A stretch of DNA of 8,439 nt, from NCBI RefSeq assembly GCF_006345805.1, contig NW_021828466.1:1-8439 (forward strand), read 5' to 3'. Position 1 is the first letter of the stretch, and each line of letters begins with the position of its first letter. The position numbers and the translations under genes are program-made. The notes below the pieces were generated by a model. That model worked only from the letters and a program-made list of their open reading frames with translations. It made no database searches and had not been told where the DNA came from. Shown here one piece after another: positions 1 through 7,881 of this stretch. Source of the stretch: Octopus sinensis (taxonomy: Eukaryota).

Positions 1-12
1 GAGAGTGACATC

Positions 13-16
<4 letters not shown>

Positions 17-63
<47 letters not shown>

Positions 64-64
64 T
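17..64. repeat. (TA)n microsatellite
   Basis: Near-pure alternating AT run visible directly. Confidence 0.95.
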
Positions 65-569
65 GGTGCTGCCCCCTCGTTATCGAGTATGGCCATTGCA
101 CGAAGCTTAATCAATGTTGTTATCGAGCAATGCCTGTGCAAGAAGATTTTTTTTTGAAAGTGAGAAAAGGCTGTGCACAGAGTCAATCCCACTCACTAAG
201 CAACATCGGCCATAATCCGAAACGAAGGACAAATCAACATAATCGGTAACCACTGAGCCGTAGGTTTTATGTAGGAGTTATCCCAGTTACCTGAGTTACC
301 TTCTCCTAGAAGGATGCCCTAACAAAGGCTAGGAGTCCTTCACTCCCAAAGGTTTTTTAACCGCGCGATATGGTATTCAGTCCGATTATTTCTATGTCCC
401 CACGCATGATACAGCCTTAAGACATTTATTAGATGGCCGTTGACTCTCAAGTGTTCCTCCGCCCTTTGACGGGCTTTGATTTTCATCCCACAGGGTGTCC
501 AATAAACACCCTCCTCACCAAGCAAGCTTGGTGGGGTTGCCGGTTTAGTCACCGACGACCCGACCATGC

Positions 570-572
<3 letters not shown>
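64..572 (-). mobile_element. Probable RTE-clade LINE 5'-UTR-derived fragment (no coding part present)
   Basis: The minus strand at 293-338 reads GGACTCCTAGCCTTTGTTAGGGCATCCTTCTAGGAGAAGGTAACTC, resembling the 'TAGCCTT...GGCA.CC..CTAGGAGAAGG.AACTC' motif I recall from RTE-clade 5' UTRs. The GC-rich, hairpin-dense end at 461-572 fits a structured 5' leader. Bounded by (TA)n on both sides; no RT or APE motifs seen. Family call is from recalled similarity only. Confidence 0.5.

Positions 573-617
<45 letters not shown>
573..617. repeat. (TA)n microsatellite separating two elements
   Basis: Direct observation. Confidence 0.95.
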
Positions 618-618
<1 letters not shown>

Positions 619-619
<1 letters not shown>

Positions 620-962
620 TAAAGGTAAAGACCCCCTTCGGTCATGAATGACCATGGGATTGCACCTAGAAAGTTACCCTCCTAGACACAAGTCCAGACA
701 AGGTTGTTTATGGAAGACCAGCAGTCGCCCATGCATACCAGCCTCCCCTCTCCACGCCACCAGTGTTATCCAAGGGAAAGACAAAGGTCGATACAGCTTG
801 GTACCATTGACGTCGCAACTCATTTCTACAGCTGAGTGAACTGGAGCAACGTGAAATAAAGTGCCTTGCTCAAGAACACAACACGTAGCCCGGTCCGGGA
901 TTCGAGCTCACAACCTCACGATCGTAAGCTCGATGCTCTAACCACTGAGCCATGCGCCTTCA
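619..962 (-). mobile_element. tRNA-derived SINE with CORE-like central domain (octopus OR-type SINE likely), apparently full length
   Basis: Minus strand begins TGAAGGCGCATGGCTCAGTGGTTAGAGC, with A box TGGCTCAGTGG (942-952) and B-box-like GCTCGAATCC (898-907). The segment 818-884 (TGTGTTCTTGAGCAAGGCACTTTATTTCACGTTGCTCCAGTTCACTCAGCTGTAGAAATGAGT) aligns by eye with the MIR/CORE consensus (TGTGACCTTGGGCAAGTCACTTAACCTCTCTGTGCCTCAGTTTCCTCATCTGTAAAATGGG). The 3' tail ends in a short tandem CTTTACCTTTAC. Flanked by (TA)n. Confidence 0.85.
898..952 (-). promoter_or_regulatory. Internal RNA polymerase III type-2 promoter (A box and B box) of the first SINE
   Basis: A box TGGCTCAGTGG at 942-952; B box GCTCGAATCC at 898-907, one change from GTTCGAATCC; tRNA-like spacing. 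Confidence 0.7.
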
Positions 963-1136
963 TATATATATATATATATATATATACGTACACACATATG
1001 TCACATTAGTTATATGATGTAAGTCGCCTGTCAAAATGTGGGACATTATTTACGAAATATCATAAGTGATTACGCCACATTTCGTCTTAAATAACAAAGT
1101 AGTTTGTCTCGGATATAAGATTACACTTCAAAACTA

Positions 1137-1306
1137 ATGTATGTAAATGTATGTATGTATGTCAGTATGTGTCCATGTTTGTATTAATATATGCGTATGT
1201 ATATGTCTTATATTTATGTGTTGCTATGCATGTTCCCTTTTCTGTATATGTATGTATGAGTGTTTGTCTGTCTGCCTGTCTCTCTCTCTCTCCCTCTCTA
1301 TTTTCA

Positions 1307-1351
<45 letters not shown>

Positions 1352-1484
1352 TATATATATATATATTTGTATGTATATATACTTGTAATCAATGTATAAC
1401 TGCACATATATATGTATGTATATTTGTATGTGTATATATGTGTGTCCGTGTATGCATACATATTCATATATATATGTATATATA

Positions 1485-1566
<82 letters not shown>

Positions 1567-1568
1567 TG

Positions 1569-1602
<34 letters not shown>

Positions 1603-1630
1603 TGTATGTATATGAAGGAGTATATGTACG
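1137..1630. repeat. Compound microsatellite: TATG/TG, (CT)n, (TA)n, (CA)n and a long (TATG)n
   Basis: Direct observation; explains the Y/I/M/C/V-rich ORFs. Confidence 0.95.
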
Positions 1631-1666
1631 TATATTTAAATGAATTAGGTTTTCATGTAATCATGC

Positions 1667-1810
1667 TTCTCTCTCTCTCTCTTTCGTTCGCTCTCTTTAA
1701 CACTAAATCTCTCTCTGCTTCTCTATCTGTGTCTCTTCTTCTTTTTTCTCCTCCTCATCCTTCTTCTTCTTCTTCTTCACATTTTCCTTACACTCTTTCT
1801 CATTCGTGCC
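1667..1810. repeat. Pyrimidine-rich low-complexity tract, (CT)n/(CTT)n
   Basis: Direct observation. Confidence 0.85.
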
Positions 1811-1922
1811 TTTTTTCCCCCACTACTTATATACATTTTCAATTCTGTCATCGTTCTTATAAACACGAGTATTTTCTTCCTTTCGCTGCAAATTATATTA
1901 AGCTTTACAAGAACATGTCAGC

Positions 1923-1946
1923 ATACATACATATAAACATACAAAT

Positions 1947-1983
<37 letters not shown>

Positions 1984-2020
1984 AACACACACATATATAT
2001 ACACACACATATATGCATGC

Positions 2021-2071
<51 letters not shown>

Positions 2072-2415
2072 GTATATATATATAATATATATATAATTTA
2101 TACATTATATATATATACATATATATCCATGTATATATATATACATATATATATATACATATATATATACATGTATATATATATATACATATATACATAT
2201 ATATAATATACATATATGTATATATATATATATATTGTATATATATTATATACATTATATATATACATATATATATATATACATGATATATATATATACT
2301 ATTATAATATATATATATATGTATATATATATATAATATATTATATTATATATAATATGCATATATATATATGTATATGCTTATACATATACACACATAT
2401 ATAAATATGTGTGTG
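1923..2415. repeat. (CA)n followed by a long degenerate (TA)n/TACA array
   Basis: Direct observation. Confidence 0.95.
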
Positions 2416-2509
2416 TGTTTGTTGCTCTTATGTATTTCGGGGTATCTTTACGTTTAAGTGTCCGCGTGTCATACAAGTGTGTAATCAGCGTCGTATGTAG
2501 CTATATTTT

Positions 2510-2690
2510 TATACATATATATTTACATGCTGACGTACATATATACAAATACGCTCGTACACACACGCACGCACACACACACACACACATACAAACTTAC
2601 ACACACTCACACACACAATTGTGTGTACATCTGTAATGTAAACATACAAGTATGTATTTACGTACGTGTGTATGTATGTGCTCTCATACA
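2510..2690. repeat. Degenerate CA/TA/TG dinucleotide tract
   Basis: Direct observation. Confidence 0.8.
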
Positions 2691-3257
2691 TGAATACACT
2701 AAGACCTGCGAATACATAATCTGGCTTTTCCACTTAGCTATGGACCATAATATCATTAATCTTACATTGTCATCTGCCATACTACTTAATATGATCTTAA
2801 ACATGTTCTTTTATTATGCAATTTCGAACCGTGCCTATCTCTTTGGAATGCTTTTCGAGCGTATAATCCAATGAAGATACAGGTGCTGTCCATAAAATTC
2901 TCGCCTGGATCCTACAGGCTAGCTTTAAAATAGTTCCAGTGGTGAGCTACAAAAACTACGTTCTATTGAAGTGTCGGGCTCTCGATGAAGATCATCGTTT
3001 ATGAATTGAACAGCATCCCAGAAAAGCTTTGAGCCTGAAGACTAACTCCATGAGAAAATTCCAGGATTTTCTAGGCCGGTAATTTCCGAAAATCTATGCG
3101 TAAAATCATGTAGTATGCCCTGGCTGCAGTTTATTTCAAGGGAGGATAATCACTTGTAGATTAAATTATGTCAAGGTTAGATGTTCAAATTTGAAATCGT
3201 GGAGTATGTCACTTAATGTTTTTGTATGCGGGCCCTTGTGGCAAACAAAAGAATAAA

Positions 3258-3306
3258 TTATTATCACTATTATTATCATTGTTGTTGTTGTTGTTGTTGC
3301 TGTTAT
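3258..3306. repeat. (TAT)n/(TGT)n triplet tract, i.e. (AAT/AAC)n on the minus strand, abutting the LINE 3' end
   Basis: Direct observation. Confidence 0.9.
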
Positions 3307-3307
3307 T

Positions 3308-3706
3308 TGATTTTAATCTGCATGATTGTTGCAATCACTCGCCGAGACACCCGGCATCCTAAGGCGAATGAAGTATAAGAGATGTTACAGAAAAACTGAA
3401 TGCCTGGGGAGGGAAACTGGGAGGGGTAGTAGCAAAATATCTCCATGTAATACAACACAGACATTTAAATTGATCGAGTTTTTCTATGAATGTGGACAGT
3501 ACGTGTCAGCACAATTTTTTGCATTTCTCTGAAACATGGTTCTCCTGGGATGTTGTCTAGCTGTTTCTGACATCCTCTTTTCATCATGCCTAGAGAACAT
3601 AAAATAACAGGAACAGTTTTTGCTTCAAGATACCATATTTTTGGTATTTCAATTTCTAGGTCCTTATAAAAGCTAAGTTTATCAAATTATTTTACAGATG
3701 CATTTT
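3308..3706 (-). mobile_element. 5'-truncated R4/Dong-type (RLE-encoding) non-LTR retrotransposon 3' end
   Basis: Contains the ORF C-terminus (see pseudogene feature), then a ~155-nt 3' UTR with a small stem-loop (GCCGGG-TGT-CTCGGC, 3341-3355), ending at an AAT/AAC triplet tract as expected for Dong-like elements. Confidence 0.75.
3465..3704 (-). pseudogene. Degenerate C-terminus of a retrotransposon restriction-like endonuclease (R4/Dong-type)
   Basis: Manual translation 3704->3465: NASVK*FDKLSFYKDLEIEIPKIWYLEAKTVPVILCSLGMMKRGCQKQLDNIPGEPCFREMQKIVLTRTVHIHRKTRSI*. This fits the recalled RLE C-terminal pattern 'KE..K..KY.DL.IEI...W......PV..GALG......L..IPG.....E.QK..L.GT.HI.RK'. There is an in-frame TAA at 3687-3689 where Glu is expected, and the natural stop is at 3465-3467. 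The ORF track misses it because there is no upstream ATG. Confidence 0.8.
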
Positions 3707-3709
3707 CGT

Positions 3710-3777
3710 TTTCTTCTTCTTCTTCTTCTTCTTCTTCTTCTTCTTTTCTTCTTCTTCTTCTTCTTCTTCTTCTTCTT

Positions 3778-3808
<31 letters not shown>

Positions 3809-4052
3809 TCCTCCTCCTCTCCTCCTCCTCCTCCTCTCTTCTTCTTCTTCTTCTTCTTCCTTCTTCTTTCTTCTTCCTCTCTTCCTTCTTTCATTCCTTC
3901 TCTCCTCTCCTCCTCTCCTCCTCCTCCTCCTCCTTCCTTCCTTCTTCTCTTCTTCTTCTTCTTCTTCTTCTTTTCTTCTTCTTCTCCTCCTCCTCCTTCT
4001 TCTTTTCTTCTTCTTCTCTATCATCATCACATCATCATCATCATTATAATTA

Positions 4053-4105
<53 letters not shown>

Positions 4106-4158
4106 GTTGTTGTTATTATTATTATTATTATTATTAATATTATTATTATTATAATCAC

Positions 4159-4228
<70 letters not shown>
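3710..4228. repeat. Long compound triplet array: (CTT)n/(CCT)n, then (CAT)n and (TAT)n/(TGT)n
   Basis: Direct observation; explains the poly-F/L/K/R/I/N ORFs. Confidence 0.97.
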
Positions 4229-4230
<2 letters not shown>

Positions 4231-4322
4231 GCAAATTCTTATTTCACTGGCAGCATAACAATTGCCCCTGCCTCAGAAACACAATGCCCGATATTTTTGT
4301 TAACCTATAGTGGCAAAGGAAA

Positions 4323-4419
4323 CATCATCATTATTATTATTTTCATTATTATTATAACTGTTATCATTATATTTATTATTGCTGTTGTTGAGCTTATTAT
4401 TATCATTACTCATATTAAT

Positions 4420-4454
<35 letters not shown>

Positions 4455-4457
4455 TAC

Positions 4458-4499
<42 letters not shown>

Positions 4500-4500
4500 T

Positions 4501-4550
<50 letters not shown>

Positions 4551-4790
4551 TATCACCATCATCATCATCATTTTCATCATCATCACAATTATTTTCATAG
4601 TTGTTGCTGATGCTGTTGTTGTTGTTGTTGTCATTATTATTGTATGCGTTTGTGTGCGTATGAATGTTTTGTTTCCAATGATATTGTTTATAGTTTTTGA
4701 CAATTCTTACGGATTATGACCATGATGATGATCATGATGAAGAAGAACAATAACAACAACAAGAACAAGATGAAGAAAAAGCAATTAACA
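4323..4790. repeat. Compound triplet array: TAT, long (CAT)n, TGT, then GAT/AAC
   Basis: Direct observation; explains the poly-I/S/M ORFs. Confidence 0.93.
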
Positions 4791-4819
4791 AGCGTTAACC
4801 CGTCGCGTCATTACCAAAG

Positions 4820-4940
4820 TATACACACATATATTTGTATTATATATATATATATATATATATGTAGGCATATATACAGACGCATACATATTTGCAATCA
4901 TGCATGCGTATATACATATATACACACATAGACATATATG
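4820..4940. repeat. TA/CA low-complexity tract
   Basis: Direct observation. Confidence 0.85.
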
Positions 4941-5154
4941 AATCATTATGATATATGAAGGTACACATACATACGCACTTCCATATGATACCGCACTGCT
5001 GTTAGCAACAATAATACCATTATCTAAATTATGAATAATAACATATGTACATTTTAGTTATACATTAATTTTCTTTATTACTATTTTCGTTCCTCATGCT
5101 TCAACGAAATGTACCTGATGTAAAACATCTTATAAAAGCCATTATCACAAGTGT

Positions 5155-5169
5155 AATATATATTATATA

Positions 5170-5226
<57 letters not shown>

Positions 5227-5249
5227 TTGTGTGTGTGTATATATATATA

Positions 5250-5286
<37 letters not shown>

Positions 5287-5293
5287 ATATATA

Positions 5294-5345
<52 letters not shown>

Positions 5346-5528
5346 CAAATATATGTATGTATATATATGTGTATATATGTATGTATTATATATATAGAGA
5401 GAGAGACATATACATATATATGAATGTATGTATGTACATATATACATGCATATATACATTTATGTGAACGTACATATATATATATATATACACGCACACA
5501 CACGCACATATATATATATGTATATATA
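5155..5528. repeat. Compound (TA)n/(TG)n/(GA)n microsatellite
   Basis: Direct observation. Confidence 0.95.
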
Positions 5529-5940
5529 ATACAAAATGGAACAAGAACGCAAAACATCCGGACAGTTAGGTGATACAAAAATGGGATAACACAACATTCA
5601 GATAGACGATACAAAGAAAGCAAGTACGGGTCATTCGAAATTTTCTTTCTTCAGTCAAGTACCAGATTACCTTCGCAATTTCGGCTGATTATACTTGAGA
5701 TTGCTCTAATCTGGCCAGCCCCAAGAAAGGACTAACTTAAGAGCATCAGATTCCTTGGAAGGAAGCAGCGAATGTATACAAAAACAAGGACGGTACAAAA
5801 CGGACAATGTTACACAAATACAATGAAAATATAAATAATAACAGGACATAACAACGGGTGTCTATCGACTATGGACGAATTAAATTAAGCTAGCGCGTGT
5901 GGAAATGAAGCCTTACGTCAAGGATACAAGATTTCACAAT
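5529..5940 (-). mobile_element. Probable interspersed-repeat module, tentatively a Penelope-like element terminal region
   Basis: Starts abruptly from (TA)n, has a strong A/T strand skew and internal degenerate ~40-bp repeats (5531-5610), and carries a weak hammerhead-like CTGAAGA...GAA core on the minus strand (5634-5654). No coding motif is recognisable; the right boundary and family are uncertain. Confidence 0.35.
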
Positions 5941-6074
5941 AATATTATTTTCCAGCGAAATATAGCATTGTAAAAGTTAATTATGGCTGGGGTTATTGGC
6001 CGAGCATACAGGCATTGATGTAGCGGATATTTTCAATTTAGTCTCTTTGGTAGAATTATATTTGCAATACATAG

Positions 6075-6230
6075 TTGAAATTTTAAAGAAAAGCAAAAGA
6101 CGAAGACAGGTGTATGAACAACAAGAAGATGTATTAACTTGACGCTCGGAAACATGAAAAGTCTTTTAAGTTTCGAGTCTACGCTCATCAGCGGAAAGAA
6201 ATAAGAGAAAATAAACAGAGAGAATACATA
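6075..6230 (-). mobile_element. Probable Penelope-like element terminal (pseudo-LTR) fragment
   Basis: Contains a minimal hammerhead-type core on the minus strand and ends at a TA-rich tract. Minimal hammerheads are an established hallmark of metazoan PLE terminal repeats. The left boundary is approximate. Confidence 0.5.
6161..6200 (-). ncRNA. Minimal type I hammerhead-ribozyme-like motif (probably a degenerate copy)
   Basis: Minus strand: TTCTTTCCG-CTGATGA-GCGTAGACTC-GAAA-CTTA-AAAGAC. CUGAUGA is at 6185-6191 and GAAA at 6171-6174, with a G...C closing a short helix II. Helix III is ACUU (ACGU expected) and helix I pairing is imperfect. Confidence 0.55.
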
Positions 6231-6247
6231 CATATCTTATATGTACG

Positions 6248-6282
<35 letters not shown>

Positions 6283-6293
6283 TGGAAGTGTTT

Positions 6294-6349
6294 ATCTTCT
6301 GTCTGGTGGGTGGGGTCAAGAGCATGTTCTTGACCCTCAGACAGAAGAT
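6294..6349. other. Near-perfect palindrome / long hairpin
   Basis: ATCTTCTGTCTG (6294-6305) pairs with CAGACAGAAGAT (6338-6349), and GGGTCAAGA (6313-6321) pairs with TCTTGACCC (6328-6336), around a central GCATGT. There is a 6-nt bulge at 6306-6311. Confidence 0.9.
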
Positions 6350-6545
6350 TAGCTGTTTTTACTTCAAATTTTTATAAATTGAAACCGGGTATATTTTCTT
6401 TATAGAAATTCTTTTACCAAATTCCCTCTTAAATTGAAATGTCTTAGACATACATCTATGCTATTTCCATCTCCATCTTTTATGAATAAAAATCTGATTT
6501 GTATAGATCTCGAATCAATTTTCAACTACATATATCTATATATAT

Positions 6546-6857
6546 ATCACCGTGATCACCGTGACTGACCAGGCCATCAGATGTTGTTACACATCGCTGG
6601 TCACAATGCGCTTCGCATTGTTTTAGCCTTCAAATGACGCCGCGTCGCTGGCTAAGTGAGCAGGCCAACAGAAGAAAGAGTGAGAGAAAGTTGTGGCGAA
6701 AGAGTACATCAGGGATCGCCACCACCCCCTGCCGGAGCCTCGTGGAGCTTTAGGTGATTTCGCTCAATAAACACTCACAACGCCCGGTCCGGGAATCGAA
6801 ACCGCGATCTTACAACTGCGAGTCCGCTGCCCTACCACTAGGCCATTGTGCCTCCAC
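6546..6857 (-). mobile_element. tRNA-derived SINE (octopus OR-type likely), apparently full length, with a body different from the first SINE
   Basis: Minus strand begins GTGGAGGCACAATGGCCTAGTGGTAGGGC, with A box TGGCCTAGTGG (6835-6845) and B-box-like GGTTTCGATTCCC (6791-6803), followed by CCCGGACCGGGC as in the first SINE. The 3' tail is a 9-bp tandem duplication (ATCACCGTG at 6546-6554 and 6555-6563 on +). Flanked by (TA)n and (CA)n. Confidence 0.85.
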
Positions 6858-6907
6858 ACACACACACACCACACACATATATATATATATATAGAGATAT
6901 ATATATA

Positions 6908-6953
<46 letters not shown>

Positions 6954-7085
6954 TATATATATATATATATATAATATATTTATATTTTATATTTATATAT
7001 ATACAGAAGAAAGACGAGAGACAGAGAGACGGAGGAGGAGGAAGAGAGAAGGCAGAGAGACAGATGCACAGAAAGACGGGTACAG
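6855..7085. repeat. (CA)n, (TA)n and a GA-rich purine tract
   Basis: Direct observation. Confidence 0.9.
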
Positions 7086-7534
7086 AGACAGTCAACACAT
7101 GGTACTGAGTTATCCGTACTTCCAAATTGAGATGCAATATATACAGGTATTTTTTTTAAAATTCATTTATTTATATATTGAAGAAAACCTTTAATACTGG
7201 AGAAATAAACTAATTCTGTTAAACGACGTGTGTCGGTGTATACATATGTGTGCAGGCATGTATGTAAGTGTACATACACGCATTCACATGTATATATATA
7301 TATGTGTGTGTATAAACAAGAGAGACAGAGACAAGCAGAAACAAGGAAAATGTCACTTGTATTTGAACACTATACAAATATTGTTTTTAAAAAACGTTTC
7401 TTTTGATTTTTCTAAATTTAATTATTTTCCATACTTGCAGTTGAAAAAGTCTTAATGACTGAAACCGGTATTGAAATGTTTTTTTATAAAATTATTTTAG
7501 CATTTTCTATCTTGACTTTTTCCGTATATATATA

Positions 7535-7835
7535 TCTTTATATATAAAAGTGAAGTTGTGTGAGTGTCTGTCTCCTACGATTAGATTCCTAACTACTCCC
7601 ACATTTTGCGGTGCAGTTTAACCAAAAGCAGGTATCTTATAGTCGGGATTCATATCGAGCCCTTCTGGGTATTAGCTCGCGTCTACGATGAGTCTACGAT
7701 TTTTAAAAAATTTACCATAATTTTTTCCCATTTTTAATGCAATTTTTTGCTATTATATAAGGGAAGTAACTATCTGAAAATGCTTATATAGTTATTTCCC
7801 TTACAAACCCGAGCAACGCCGGGCGATACTGCTAG
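7535..7835 (+). mobile_element. Non-autonomous Helitron (301 bp)
   Basis: 5' end TCTTTATATATAAAAG starts right after an A (7534). The subterminal GC hairpin CCCG-A-GC-AAC-GC-CGGG (7808-7823) is followed by an 8-nt spacer and terminal CTAG (7832-7835), then T (7836). This is an A|T insertion with no TSD, matching canonical Helitron ends. Confidence 0.88.
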
Positions 7836-7848
7836 TATATATATTATG

Positions 7849-7881
<33 letters not shown>

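Noticed and set aside
64-78. TGGTGCTGCCCCCTC as an LTR primer-binding site
   Set aside because: No LTR or gag/pol nearby, and no tRNA 3' end I can match with confidence.
293-686. AGTTACC...CTCCTAGA similarity between the RTE-like element and the first SINE tail
   Set aside because: About 15 nt with an indel and no flanking similarity; probably coincidence.
340-839. ORFs 340-645, 433-618 and 648-839
   Set aside because: They lie within a UTR-like repeat, a (TA)n tract and a SINE, and show no recognisable protein motifs.
1147-2874. Long ORFs rich in Y/I/C/V/M/T/H (up to 312 aa)
   Set aside because: These are translations of TA/TG/CA/TATG repeats, which lack stop codons in some frames; no domain content.
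3035-3072. Plus-strand CTGAAGA...GAAAATTC hammerhead-like string
   Set aside because: There is no helix II closing pair or helix I, and a competing AGAAAAT/ATTTTCT hairpin sequesters the GAAA; likely chance.
3326-3532. 68-aa plus-strand ORF (MLQSLAETPG...)
   Set aside because: It is antisense to the R4/Dong fragment; the meaningful frame is on the minus strand.
3682-4931. Poly-K/R/F/I/N/S/M ORFs
   Set aside because: Pure translations of triplet microsatellites on both strands.
6033-6233. 66-aa hydrophobic minus-strand ORF
   Set aside because: It reflects the T-rich composition of the putative PLE terminal module; no RT or GIY-YIG motif.
885-6857. SINE heads as functional tRNA genes
   Set aside because: The acceptor and anticodon stems do not pair properly, and each head runs into a SINE body and tail.
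7088-7150. CAG|GTATTT donor-like site
   Set aside because: The upstream sequence is purine-rich with no acceptor or polypyrimidine tract.
6381-7484. Shared short strings TGAAACCGG and TTGAAATGT near 6381-6445 and 7461-7480
   Set aside because: Too short and AT-rich, with inconsistent spacing, to support homology.
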